Shown here one piece after another: positions 1-15,569 of a stretch of 64,000 bases of DNA. The notes below the pieces were generated by a model. The model saw nothing but the letters and a program-made list of their open reading frames with translations. It was not told the DNA's origin and did not search any database. This stretch comes from the human T2T-CHM13v2.0 reference genome, Homo sapiens. Location of the stretch: assembly GCF_009914755.1 (NCBI RefSeq), contig NC_060947.1. One strand, given 5' to 3'. Position 1 is the first letter of the stretch, and every line of letters starts with the position of its first letter. Position numbers and translations under genes: made by a program.

Positions 1-2846
<2,846 letters not shown>

Positions 2847-3489
2847 TGTGGCAGGCCAGGTCTCACTAATGCAGGCCTCCATAACAAATGTTTCAAGTTA
2901 ACCATTCAGTACTGACTTAGTGGTTAAGTTAAATATTAAAAGCCATAAGCATCAGTGCCCTTATGCAGGGGCTGGAATGTAAAAAAAAAAAAAAAAAAAG
3001 GCCCACCAAGTTTTGCCTAGGCCTTTCCTGAACCTTAAAGCATGATTAAACAAGTTTTATTGGGGGTCAGAAGAAACTCCCCAGGCCTCCACAAACAAGT
3101 TTATTTTGGGTCTGAAGTAACTCCCCAAACTTCCATGATTTAGCAGGAGGCAAGATAAGGGTAATCAGCCCTGTACCTGGACCCATTTAGATTAAGTAAA
3201 TATACTGAGACTCCACAGGAAGGTCTTCAAAACTCAAACCTTAGCCATAGATTAAAAGAAGTTAATCACTTATGTCTTTAGATGAATGCCCACTTACATG
3301 TAGCCATATAGCTAAGAAGGTATATAAGCTCTGGAAACTGTAATTTTGGAGTTGGTCTGGTGATAATTTCCAGGCCTTCTCCCTGTAACTGGTTGCAGAA
3401 ATAGAAACTCTCTTTCTCCCCAGTTCATCTGCATCTTGTTATTGGGCCATGTGAAATAGCAGCCCGACCCTCACTTTGATCCGGGATCA
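2847..3489 (+). mobile_element. 3' LTR of the ERV (MER39-like, ERV1)
   Basis: Starts TGTGGCAGGCCAGGTCTCACTAA after the purine tract and ends ...CCGGGATCA; internal A19 run at 2981-2999. Confidence 0.8.
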
Positions 3490-3542
3490 AGAGGGCTTCT
3501 TTGGCATTTCCGTTCTATTTTTTCAGAGGCTGAAATTCACAT
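3490..3542 (-). pseudogene. Candidate exon of the fossil gene, cut off by the ERV LTR
   Basis: Acceptor ttgtcttag|AT at 3543/3542; the sequence runs directly into the LTR end at 3489 with no donor site. Confidence 0.4.
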
Positions 3543-4018
3543 CTAAGACAACGTATAAAGGCTTTAGAATAAACAGACTTTAAAAATATACATTATAAAA
3601 AGTTGAGTTTCTTTATAATTGCAATAGATCTACCAGTGGAGAAAGAAATTATATACAGATTTTTGGGCTTTAGCTCTGAAGATTAAGATGTATTGAGTTT
3701 AGAATGTGGCCTCAAAATTCACTCATTAAAAAAAAGCTCTAAGAAGATTCCTATATGTGCAAAGATTTAGGAAGCCCTGCATCACGGTAAGTAAATAAAT
3801 ATGCAACTTTGAAATCCATAAGATGAAAGATATGAGTATGTTGAATAAAAGCAAATATTACCATGCAACTAATGTTAGTTTCTGCTATATTTATTTTTTT
3901 CTTTTTGGTTGTAATTAATGAATGTGGTGCTCCTGAATGTAAATATTAAGAAAATTTAGGCTTAAAAACTGGCAAATATATTGTGTGCTTTTATCAGATA
4001 ACTTTGATTTTTACTTAC

Positions 4019-4353
4019 CATTTTGAAATGTATTATTAAAATGATCCATATGCATTCTTTTTGTGTAGTCTTCATCAAATTATTCTGAGGACATTTCATG
4101 GAGTGTTGACTCAATTTCATGAACAGTACAAAACTGAATGACAAGTTCTACTTTTTCAGAAGTAATTAATATCAACTTCCCTAGTTAATCCAAAGCTCCA
4201 TGTGGAAGACACAAAAATAGCTTCTTCATTTAATATGCATAACAGATGCCATTATATTTCTAAACATCTGAATAGTGTTTTCATATTGTAAGAATTGAGT
4301 GCAATATTTCAATCTGAATTGTTGCAGATTTTTTTCAGAGCAATAATACAAGC
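4019..4353 (-). pseudogene. Fossil exon, RNF213 E3-module-like
   Basis: Acceptor ttttaattttgtag| and donor AATG|gtaagt; ACIIALKK..LFRCLEI*..LCILNEEAIF..REVDINYF vs RNF213 YLTLLKK..LFINCLED..LNHLEEEGRF..NEASVEYL; shifted frame VIQFCTVHE vs VKQFCIRVE. Confidence 0.75.
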
Positions 4354-4523
4354 CTACAAAATTAAAATGCACTACTTGTGTCAAACATAACAGAATCGTT
4401 GTTTGTTTATTTTTTAAGGTGCTAATAAAAAAGACTAATGATACTGCTGGATAATGAAACAATCTGCCAGGAGGCAAGTCCCAGAATATAGAGTGGCACA
4501 ATAGCAAGGAGAGGTCAGGAAAA

Positions 4524-4556
<33 letters not shown>

Positions 4557-4562
4557 CACACA
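4524..4562. repeat. (CA)n microsatellite
   Basis: About 19 CA units with one CG interruption. Confidence 0.95.
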
Positions 4563-4951
4563 AAATTTTCCTCCCTGAATACATTCAACAGAATTCTTTT
4601 TACCACTTGGCTGACATTTAGGGTTTAAGATTTTACTTTCTTTTTGTGTGTTGCTCAAATGCCTTGAAAATTATTTACCACCAGACAGGGAGCATTTGCA
4701 TTTGAAAAGGTTTGTGTCAAAAAATCAATAAAGTTATTTAACCCCTATAAAAAGTCTATTTCCTAAATGAAGATACCTACTCTTAAACATATTACATGCA
4801 GTAACACATCATTAATGCAGACCCCAATAACTCAAATTGATGACAGTCCAAACCAGTTACTTTCTGACGATAAAGAACAGTTCTACTTAACAAATCAAAA
4901 GTTTATTAAACTAAATGGAGAAAAGTAGAGTAGCCAAACTTTTTACTTTAC

Positions 4952-5052
4952 CTAAAAAACAGCTCCAATTGCTTTCAGTATCACTAAAATATAAGTTTTT
5001 CAATGCAAAAATGTCATTCTTTCCATTTATTGAATAAAGTCCCAAAGGGGCC
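4952..5052 (-). pseudogene. Fossil exon
   Basis: Donor TAG|gtaaag at 4952/4951; TYILVILKAIGAVF vs RNF213 VIRSVILKLLLKYS; acceptor position uncertain. Confidence 0.55.
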
Positions 5053-5069
5053 CTAGCAGACTATACATA

Positions 5070-5403
5070 CATTTGGCCCTCTGCATCCGTCGGTTTTGCA
5101 TCTGTGGATTAAATCAACTGCAAATTGAAAATATTTGAGAAACATTACATCTTTATTGAACATGTACTGACATTTTTCTTGTCATTATTCCCTAAACAAT
5201 ACTCTATAACAACTATTTACATACAATTTATGTTGTATTAACTATTATAGGTAATCTAGATATTATTTAAAGTACACAGAATAATGTGTGTAGGTTATAT
5301 GTAAATACTATACTATTTTATACCAGGGAATTGAGCATTCTTGGATTTTGGTAACCTCAGAAGGTCTTAAAACCAATTTTTCATGGATCCTGAGAGACCA
5401 TTG
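5070..5403. mobile_element. MER2-type Tigger-derived MITE
   Basis: Degenerate TIRs (CATTTGGCCCTCTGCATCCGT ... ATGGATCCTGAGAGACCATTG) flanked by TA. Confidence 0.85.
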
Positions 5404-5461
5404 TACTTGATTAACAGTTATCTTGGCCTAGTAAGTCTGAACACTTAGAAAATTAAACTAA

Positions 5462-8400
5462 GGAGGGAGCAGAGCAAGAAGGCTGAATAGAACCCTCCAG
5501 CGATTTTCCCCGCTGAAGGAACACCAAATTGAACAACTCTCCACACAAGAAAGCATCTTCATAAGAACAAAAAGTTAAGCGAGTGATCATAGTACCTGGT
5601 TTTTATATCATATCAGAAAAAGAGGCAGTGAAGAGAGAAAGGCTGTCTTGAATTGCTGACACCACTCCTCCCCCATTCTCTGGCAGGGCCCCAGCGGCAC
5701 AGAGAGAGAATCTGTGTGCTTTGGGGAGGGAGAGCAAAGTGATTGTAAGACTTTGTGTTGAAACTCAGTGCTGCTCTGTGACAGGAAAATGCAAAACAGG
5801 GTAGAATTTACCCAGTGCCCACAGAGGAAGCACGTAAATCAGCCCTAGCAAGAGGGGAATCATCCCACCCAGAAGTCAAAACCTGAGCTCTGCTTAGCCT
5901 TACCATGGCAGGATATAGTGCTCTGGGGTGCTAAATCAACTGGAAAAGCAGAGCTACTAGGACTATAATTCATGGGCAAGTCCTGTTGCTGTACTGGGCT
6001 CACAGCCAGTGGATGTGGCATGCACATTGTGATGGTTAATATTGAGTGTCAACTTGATTCGATTGAAGGATGCAAAGTATTGTTCCTGGGTGTGTCTGTG
6101 AGGGTGTTGCCAAAGGAGAGTAACATTTGAGTCAGTAGACTGGGAGAGGCAGATCCACACTCAGTCTGGGTGGGCACCATTTAATCAGCTGCCAGCGCAG
6201 CTACAATAAAGCCGGCAGAAGAAAGTGGAAAGAGCAGACTTGCTGAGTCCTCCGACCTTCATCTGTATTTCTGTATCCCATGCTAGATGTTTCATGCCCT
6301 CAAACATCAGACTCCAAGTTCTTCAGTTTTTGGACTCTTGGACTTAAACCAGTGGTTTGCCAGGGGCTTTCAGGCCTTCAGCCACAGACTAAAGGCTGCA
6401 TTGTCAGCTTCCCTACTTTTGAGGTTTTGAGACTTGGACTGGCTTCCTTACTTCTCACCTTGCAAACAGCCTATTGTGAAACTTCACCTTGTGATCATGT
6501 GAGTCAATACTCCTTAATAAACTCCTCTTCATATATACATCTATCCTATTAGTTCTGTCTCTCTCTCTAGAGAACCCTGACTAATACACTCGTGAACTAG
6601 CGAGACACCAGCTGGGACAGTCAAGGGAGTTTTCACATCACTCCTCCCCCTATCCCAGCAGCACAGATTGCACCTCCAGAAAAGACTCCTTCCTTCTGCT
6701 TGAAGAGAGGAGAAGAAAGAGTAAAGAGGATGTTGTTTTGAAACTTGGATATCACCTCGATCACAGAAGGATATAGGGCAATGAGTAGAGTCCTGGAGTC
6801 CCCGTTCCAGAACTCAGCTCCTGGAGAACATTTTTAGACATACCCTAGGTCAGAAGGGAACTTACCGCTTTGAAGGGAAGAATGCAATTCAGGCAGGATT
6901 CCCACTTGCTGACTAAAGAGACTTGGGTCTTGAATAAACATCAGTGGTACCCAGACAGTACTCGCTGTGGGCTTTCGGGGAGACTAAAGACTATGCTGAC
7001 TTCAGGTGTGACCCAGAGCATTCCCAGATTTGACAGTCATAGAGACAAACTCACCTTGAGGAAAGGAGAGGGAAGGGTAAAGGGGACTTTGTCTTACAGC
7101 TTGGGCATCAGCTTGGCCACTGTGCATTAGAGCACAACGTGGGCTCTTGGGTTCCCTGCATCCAGGCCTTCATGCCTAGAAAATATTTCTGGACCTTCCC
7201 AGGGCCAGAGGGGATTGCTCTGTCCTGAAGGGAGAGACCTAGGCCTGGCAGTGGCCACCACAAGTTGACTGACGTGACTTGGGCCTGGAGTTAACATCAG
7301 TGGTAGTCACACAATATTTTCTGCTGGCCTGAGATGATGGTAGCCATGAGGAGAGATTCCTTCTGCATGAGGGAAGAAGAGAGTAGAGTGGGAAGAACTT
7401 TGACCTGTGGCTTGGGTGCCAGCTCAGCCCCAGTAAAATAAAGCACCAAGCAGATTTCTGAGATTCCTGAATACAACCCATGACCCCTGGACCAAATTTC
7501 TGGACAAGCCCTGAGCCAGGGGAAGCTCATTACCCTGAAGGGAAAGACACAAGCCTGGCTGAATTGACTACCTGCAGATTAAAGAGCCTTTGGTCGTTTT
7601 GTGAACATCAGTGGTAACCAGACAGTGATCATTGTGGGTTACAGTGACCAAAGGTATACATCCCAACAATCAATTCCTATTGAATACTTGGAAAGCCATT
7701 AAAAAAAAAGGTATAAAAATCCCAGACAGTGAAGACTAGAAGAAATACCTAACTCTTCAATGGCTGGACACCAAGGAATATCATCAAGCATCAAGACCAT
7801 CCAAGAAAATATGACCTCACCAAACAAACTACATAAGGCACAAGGGACCAATCCTGGAGAAAAAGAATATGTAACATTTTAGACAGATAATTCAAAATAA
7901 CTATTTTGAGGAAACTCAAATAAATTCAAGATAACACAGAGAAGAAATTCAGATTTCTATCAGATAAGTTTAACAAAGACTTTGAAATAATTAAGAGAAT
8001 GAAGCAGAAATTTTGGAAATGATAAATTCAAATGACACACTGAAGAATACATCATAGTCTCCGAAAAGTAGAAATGACCAAGCATAAAAAAAGGAACTTG
8101 AAGACAGGCTACTTGAAAATACACTGTCAGAGGAGAGAAAAACTAAAAGAGTAGAAAAGAATAAAGCTTGGCTGCAATATATGGAAAATGCTTTCCACAG
8201 GGCAAATCTAAGAGTTATTGGTCCTAAAAAGGAGACAGAGGGAGAGAGATTGGGGTGGAAACTTTTTGTAAAAAGACAATAACAGAGAACTTCCCAAACC
8301 CAGAGAGAGATATCTCAAGTACAAAAAGATTATAAACATGAGGCAGATTTAACCCCCCAAAAACTACCTTAAGGCACAAAACTGTCAAATTTTCAAAGGT

Positions 8401-10896
8401 CAAGGATAAAGAAAAGATCCTAAGAGAAAAGAAAGACATACTATACAAAGGAGATCCACTACATCTGGAAGCAGACTTCTTGATGGAAACCTTATAGGCC
8501 AGAAGAGAGTGGGCTGACATAGTCAAAATGATGAATGGAAAAAAAACACATTTTATCCCTGAATAGTAATCCAGCAAAAATATTCTGAAAGCATGAAAAA
8601 GAAATAAAGACAAAAAAATGCTGAGGTATTTTATCAACACCAGACCTGTCCTACAAGAAATGCTAAAGGGAGTTCTTCAATTTGAAAGAAAGGGATGCTA
8701 ACAAATGATAAGAAATCATCTGAAGTCCCAAAACATTGTTAATAGTTAGTACACAGTTAGACACAGAATATTACAACACCGTGATTGTTGTATGTAAACT
8801 ACTCATATTGAGAAGAAACACTGAAAGATGATCCCATAAAAATAACTACAGAAACTTTTCTAGACTTGCATAGTATAATAAAATAAAAATAGAAACAACA
8901 AAAATGTGAATATGTGGGAGGTAAAGCTAAAATTTAGAGTCTTTATTAGTTTTCTCTTTGCTTGTTTGTTAGTTTGTTTCTTTTTGGAATATTGTTAAAT
9001 TGTCATCAGTTTAAACTAATGGGTTCCAAGGTGTTATTTGAAAGACACATGGTAATCTCAAATCAAAAACCCACAACAGATAAACAAAAAGAAAGGAATT
9101 TAAAAACATATCACAATAGAAAATCACTTTTGAAAAGGAAAACAAAAAAGAAAGACAGTAGGAAGGAAGGGAAGACCAGAAAACCAATAACAAAATGACA
9201 ATAGTAAGTCATTATTTATCAATAAAAATAATGAAAGTAAATGAACAGAACTCTCAAATCAGAAGACACATGGTGGCTAAATGGATAAAAAATAAGACCC
9301 AATGATTTTCTGACTATGAGAAACACGCTTCACCTATAAAGACACATAGAGTGAAAATAAAGGGATGAAAAAATATATATTCCATGTCAATGGAAGCCAA
9401 AAAAGAGCAGGTACAGTTATACTTATATTAGACAAAATAGATTTCAAGATAAAACCTGTAAAAAGAGACAAAGAAGGTCACTATATAATGAAGAAGGGGT
9501 CAATTCAGCAAGAAGATATAAAAAGTATTAAATATACATACATCCAACACCATAGCACCATGATATATAAAGCAAATACTGTTAGAGCTAAAAAGACAGA
9601 GAGACCCCAATACAATAATAGTTGGAGCCTGCAACGACCCACCTTCAGCATTGGACAGATCAACCCTACAGAAAACCAACAAAGACACATAAAACTTAAT
9701 CTGCACTACAGACCAAATTGACCTAATAGATATTTACAGAACATTGAATCCAACAGCTGCAGAATACACATTCTTCTTCTCAGCACGTGGATATTTCTCA
9801 AGGATAGACCATATATTAGGCCACAAAACAAGTTTTAAAGTATATAGTATCCTCTCACACCACAATGGAATAACAATATAAATCAATAAACAGAGAAACA
9901 TTGTGAACCATACAGAGACATGGAAATTAAACAATATGTTCTTAAATGGCCAGTGGGTCAATCAATAAATCAATACAGAAATTTATGAATTTCTTGCAAC
10001 AAAATAAAATACAAATACATCATACCAAAACCTAAGTGATATGGCCACAGCAGTGTTAAGAGAAATGTTTATAATAGTAATGCCTACATCAACAACGTAG
10101 AAAAACTTCAAATTATCAACATAACAATGCATCTTAAAGAGATAGAAAAACAAGAGCAAAACAAGCTTAAATTAGAAGAAAATAATCAAAATTCAAAGAA
10201 TAAATAAACTGACATTAAAAATACAAAAGATCAATAAATAGTTATTTTTGAAATGATAATAAAAATAAAAACTTTTAGCCCAACTATGAAAAAATAGAGA
10301 AGGCCCAAGTAAAGTCAGAGATGAAAAAAGAGACATTACAACCAATACTGAAGAAATTCAAAAGATCATTTGAGATGATGAGCAAATATATGCCAAGAAA
10401 TTTAAAAACCTAGCAGAAACAGTTACATTCTTAGGCATGTACAAACTTTCATGATTGAATCATGAAGAAATTCAAAACCTGAATAGACCAATAACAAGTA
10501 ATGACATCAAAGCTGTAATAAGAAGTCTCCCAGCAAAGAAAAGCCTGGGAGCTGATGGCTTTACTGCTGAATTTTACCAAAAGAAGAACTAATACCATTC
10601 CTACTCAAACTATTCCAAAAAGAAAGAAAAAACTATATCCAAACTCAAACTACAAAACCAGTATTACCTTGATACTAAAACCAGACCAAAAATATCAATA
10701 AAAGAAAACTATAGATCAATATCACTAATGAACATTGATGCAAAAATCAGCAAAATATTAACAAAGTGAATTAAACAACACATTGAAACAATCACTAATC
10801 ATCAGCTAGCGGGATACATACCTGTATCAAAACATCTCATACACCCTATAAATATATACTTCTACTTTGTACTTATAAAAATCTAAAAGAAAAAAA
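5462..10896 (+). mobile_element. L1 (L1M1-type 5'UTR, L1MA2/3-type 3' end) with a large internal deletion
   Basis: 5'UTR, decayed ORF1 (~7760-8700) and ORF2 endonuclease region (~9195 on), then a jump to the last ~80 bp of the 3'UTR at ~10815; TSD agaaaattaaactaa (5447-5461) / agaaaatcaaagtaa (10897-10911). Confidence 0.85.
6028..6588 (+). mobile_element. MLT2A2 solo LTR (HERV-L) nested in the L1 5'UTR
   Basis: TGTGATGGTTAATATTGAGTGTCAACTTGA ... AGAACCCTGACTAATACA; 561 bp; degenerate 5-bp TSD cacat/ctcgt. Confidence 0.88.
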
Positions 10897-10959
10897 AGAA
10901 AATCAAAGTAATAATGATAATGATAAAAATGGAATATATGTATCAAAATCCTTAGATAT

Positions 10960-11085
10960 CATGCACAGAGCACTCTTTATGTATTTCTTCATGTTATGCT
11001 AAATCCATATAAGATATATCTCATTATTTTACAGATGAAAAAACTAAGGCTGAAATATTAATGTGCCAAAGGTCACACAGCTTTA
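10960..11085 (-). mobile_element. MIR fragment
   Basis: Core CATTATTTTACAGATGAAAAAACTAAGGCT ... AAGGTCACACAGCT. Confidence 0.7.
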
Positions 11086-11124
11086 AGTAGAATATCATTT
11101 GTCTTTATAGCCATTGATCTAAAC

Positions 11125-11295
11125 CAATAGTTTTTGAAATTTGGTCTATGGTCAAGCAGCATTAGCTGCTGATGCCAGTGTTCAGGTCCTACTTCAGATC
11201 TGCCAGATAAGAAACTCTGGAGGTCAGACACATCCATGTGTTTTCATCAAGCTCTCCAGGTGATACTGAGACATTCTAAAATTTGAGAACCAATG
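11125..11295. mobile_element. MER5A hAT MITE
   Basis: CTCCAGGTGATACTG ... TTTGAGAACCAATG; perfect 8-bp TSD atctaaac (11117-11124 / 11296-11303). Confidence 0.85.
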
Positions 11296-11602
11296 ATCTA
11301 AACAATAAAAGCCATCATAAATAAAAATATCTATGTATATCATATTAATATGCTCTATCACTCTCTTATATTAACCATTCAGCCAATACTTAGATTAGTA
11401 GTTCATCCTTTAGTAGATTAGTTCCCTCCATCATCTAAAATTATACCTAAAACTTGTGTATTATGTAAGAATCAATGTATGGGGAAAAAAATAACTGGCT
11501 TTTGGTCTCATAAGTATAAACTAAAATCTGCAAGTCTCAGTTCCTTCATATGTAAAATAACATATTTTAATTAGATAGTCTCTAAACTCAAATTTATCCC
11601 TT

Positions 11603-11959
11603 TGTCTAAGTTCATTCCTGCTGCTAGAACAGAATTTCTGAGACTGGGTTATTTAGAAAAAGCAGAAATTTATTTTGAGGCTGGGAAATGCAAGATCAGA
11701 TCACTGGCAGGTTCAGCTATCCATTGAGTGCTGCTTCCAAGATGGCACCTAGATGCTACATCCATTGGAGGGGAAGAATTCTATGTCCGCACATGGCAGA
11801 AGGTAAAAGGGCAAGAGATGAACACCTTCCATCGAGTCCTTTTAGAACAACACGAATCCAGTCATGAATGCTTCAACACCTTTCAAAATGCCCTGCCTTT
11901 CAGTGCTGTTGCACTGGGGATTAATTTTCCAAAACAAAAATGTGGGGGGACACATAGCA
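11603..11959 (-). mobile_element. MaLR solo LTR (MLT1A/MSTD-like)
   Basis: TGTCTAAGTTCATTCCTGCTGCTAGAACAGAAT ... CATAGCA; TSD ccctt/ccctg. Confidence 0.75.
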
Positions 11960-12143
11960 CCCTGCTATAATTTTAGTAGTCTTGAAAATGTGAGCTGTTG
12001 ATTATAGGAGTGTTGACTGATCCATGTCTTCACTGCACAACTCTGGGTGGAAGAGATGTTGTTTGTATCACACACTATATGAGTGGTACTTGTGGATGTA
12101 CAATTAGCAAAGCAGTAGTCAGTTGTTCTGTGTGATCACTCAC

Positions 12144-12207
12144 CTTTATTACTAAAGAAAACAAACAAGAATTCCCACAAATAACTCTTAACTCCTCAGA
12201 TGTTCCA
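12144..12207 (-). pseudogene. Fossil exon (64 bp)
   Basis: Acceptor gtctttgacag| and strong donor AAG|gtgagt; frames LWEFLFVF or EELRVICGNSCLFSLVIK vs RNF213 EKEVIESLLSLLFVQK. Confidence 0.6.
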
Positions 12208-12492
12208 CTGTCAAAGACCATAAGGGCATTATTTACAGAGACAGTTCATGCAGTGAAGAGGGCAAGTAACGTGGGGTAAGAGAAATGACTTCAGATTTAG
12301 TTCTTCTATGATTTGGCTTCGAGATCTCCAGGTAATTATTAGTCTCTCTGAGATTTGCATAATTTATAGAAAAAAATAGATATAAATATTATGTTACCTA
12401 ATGTATAGCAGAGTAAAAAATAATTAAATAATGACTTTTATATGAAAGCACTTTGAAAATTTTGGCTACTATTAGTATATAGGAAAGTAAAC

Positions 12493-12683
12493 TTTAAAGA
12501 CAATTCCTTTTAAAGTATCCCATAAATGTTATTTCAGCAACTCAGATGGTTTTTTCTCCCAACTGCTACAAAAGAATAAAGATTTACTACATGTGAAAGT
12601 GATCATTTTCTTGCTGTTACCATATTTGAAAGTTACACAATCAGGTAAAAATCTTGCATATTTTGTGGAGTGTATTCTTGATT
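12493..12683 (-). pseudogene. Fossil exon just downstream of the RING
   Basis: About 50 open codons; ARFLPDCVTF vs RNF213 LTALPDEFSP; HLWDTLKGIVFK vs FFVDLVSTICFK. Confidence 0.6.
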
Positions 12684-12725
12684 CTTTTTAAAAAAACCCA
12701 AAAAACAAAAAATAAAAATAAATAA

Positions 12726-13057
<332 letters not shown>

Positions 13058-13189
13058 TGTTTTATGACTCTTTGAATAGAAATATATTACTTAACTCTTT
13101 GCGTCTTTTAATCTGTCAAATTTCACAATGCTTGCTTCTCTTTTATCAAATTTAACACTTCACAAGCTCTGATACTACAAGCTTACTTT

Positions 13190-13510
13190 ACTCTCTGGCT
13201 TCAGGATCTTTGGACATACTCCTCCCTTGTACTCGAATATTTCACCCTTCTCTTCTCATCCCCCTATTCCTTGGTGAATCTGACTCCTACTCATCCTTTA
13301 GGGTTCAGTTTAGACATCACCATCTCTTAGATGATTTCTGGGGCACACAGATCTGCATAAGAAAATCCTCTTCGGTGTTTGTATTAGATATTCTGCTAGG
13401 TCCTTTATATGTATGCTCTAGGTGGGCCCATTAAGGAAGTGTGGGAGCAGCATTTATTACCTTTGTTTGACACTCATGCAGGCTTCTGTTCTTCATAAAT
13501 AATATGCTGA
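13190..13510 (+). mobile_element. L2 3' fragment
   Basis: GACTCCTACTCATCCTTTAGGGTTCAGTTTAGACATCACC, typical of the L2 3' end. Confidence 0.55.
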
Positions 13511-13546
13511 TACACTGTACTAAATGATTTGCCATTTTTGACTTAC

Positions 13547-13732
13547 TAACTGGAAGGACACCTTATACAAAGGCAACAAATCTATAGTTGGCAAGGAAGC
13601 TTCACGATAGCCTGGTTGGAAACTCTTTTCCAACAGCATGTAGATTAGTAAAATCAAGTTGATTATGATATTGAAAGAGAGTTTATTGGTTGGTGGCAAG
13701 TGACAAATCACAATGAACTCAAAATGAAGGTA
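13547..13732 (-). pseudogene. Fossil exon carrying the degenerate RING finger
   Basis: Acceptor atttgcatag| and donor TTA|gtaagt; STCCWKRVSNQAIVKLPCQL*ICCLCIR vs RNF213 CSICLGDAKDPVCLPCDHVHCLRCLR. Confidence 0.7.
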
Positions 13733-13865
13733 CTATGCAAATAATATGAAGTGTCAGAAGCTGGGGGTAAAAAAAGGATTGAGGATTGGGCAATAACAAG
13801 GTTGGCAGGATAATGGTAGAAGTCTTAGAAGTGGGGAAGATAATAGGAGAGTGAAGCAACTCCAT

Positions 13866-14011
13866 TTTTTTTTTGTTTTGTTTTGAGATGGAATCTCACT
13901 CATGTTGCCCAGGCTAATCTTGAACTCCTGGACTAAAGTGATCCTCCTGCCTCCAACTGAGATAACATGCCATGTACCTGAGGTTACAAGCATGCACCAC
14001 CATGCCCAGCT
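13866..14011 (-). mobile_element. Free Alu monomer (FLAM-like)
   Basis: Poly-T, TGAGATGG..TTGCCCAGGCT..GAACTCCTGG..CACCACCATGCCCAGC; single arm. Confidence 0.75.
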
Positions 14012-14672
14012 AAGAGCTAACAACATGTAGGAAAGAAAATTAATTTAATCTTGCTTAGAAGATAATAAAATAACTGAATCATTAGAGTTGTATTGGAGTC
14101 TTCTAATTGTTCAGCTCTGTTCTAGGACCAATGGCATTTAACTGCATGAATATTCCTGTGAGACCTGATCATTTGCCTAAGATCCCTACACAATTATACC
14201 ATTACTAATTGTAAAAAACTGAGTGAGATTTTATTTATTTTCCTCAAGGGTGTAATTTACAACAACTCTGCAAGACAGGAATTATTATCACTAAAACCTA
14301 ACTGAGGAAATGGTAAAATAGTTAACTGGCTTTTTAAGGAAAAGCAGCTAGTACATAACAGAGAGAGGATTTGACCCTAGCTCTGATTCCAAAACGTAGC
14401 CTATATTCACATAGTCTGACTTCCTTTTACTTGTTGTTATTATTATTCTATTTTTATTATGAAATAGTTAAAATAGAAGAGGCAATTATAACCATGTACT
14501 TAACATGATTTTTACAAATATTAAAAGTGCTATATTTATTTTATAACTTTTGTTTTAAAATTATGAATACAGCTGAAGCCCAATCCCTCACAATTACACT
14601 TCCCTTTCTTTACCTTAAATATTGCTTCATGTTGAGGTTAGCACATTTTATTTTCTTGCATTTATCTATACT

Positions 14673-15061
14673 TATCTTAGTTTATTTTCTGATGCTGTAA
14701 CAGAATATCACAGACTGAGTAACTTATACAGAAATGAGATTTATTTGGCTTAAAGTTCTGGAGAATGGGAAGTTCAAGAGCATGGCACTGACATCTGGTG
14801 TGGCTCATACAATGTTGGAAGGGTAGAAGATAGAAATGAATGCATGAGACCAAGAGAAGAAATTGGGTGAATCTCATATTTCATATTAGGGAGCCACTGC
14901 TGTGATAACTAATCCACTCCCATGACAATGGCATTAATCGCTACATAAGGACAGAGCCCTCATGGCCTAATCAGCTCTTAAAGACCCCACTCTTAGTACT
15001 GTTACATGGTAATTAAGTTTCCAACACATGAACTTCTAGGGGACTCATTCAAACCATAGCA
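14673..15061 (-). mobile_element. MaLR solo LTR (MSTC/MSTD-like)
   Basis: Ends TTCAAACCATAGCA; perfect 5-bp TSD atact. Confidence 0.82.
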
Positions 15062-15569
15062 ATACTCTTGTAATTGTGCATACAGAAACAAACAAGGCCC
15101 AGAATGCTGAAGTGATCTACTTAGTATTAATGGTTCTCAGGATTTTTGACATCATAAAGAATAAAAATTGAAAACTAAATGGATAAATAGGTAAATGATA
15201 AATAGATGCTGCTAACTGGTATGTGTGCATGTGTCAAGTAAAGGCTTTTAAAATAATATTCACCATCACACACACTATAGCTGTTGTCATCTACTTTCAC
15301 CCATTTTAATTCAACAATTAGAAAATATTCTCAGTCAGAAGTATAGCAATTAAAATGAAATATTTTTAGCTACCTGAAAAGCCCTCTACTTTTTCTTTAC
15401 CTGTAATCAGTGTAAATATTTAACATAGGCTGGTAGTTAAGTCGGACCAGCTTCCGGGAGCCACAGAGACAACTGAAGAATAATAGAGCTGGAACTTGAA
15501 CTCAGGGTTCCTGATCTCCCAGTGCAGTGCTCTTTTTATTATATCATGCTGTTAATATACACCACCTTT

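Noticed and set aside
4019-4353. Resemblance of one frame to the CNOT1 DUF3819 region (QMFRNIMAS..ELVIQF..EM)
   Set aside because: Other frames of the same exon fit RNF213 better and agree with all neighbouring segments; no other CNOT1-like pieces were seen
13520-13732. 62-codon fully open frame as an exon of a live gene
   Set aside because: The RING-like motif is in another frame, neighbouring exons carry stops and frameshifts, and no continuous ORF can be spliced together
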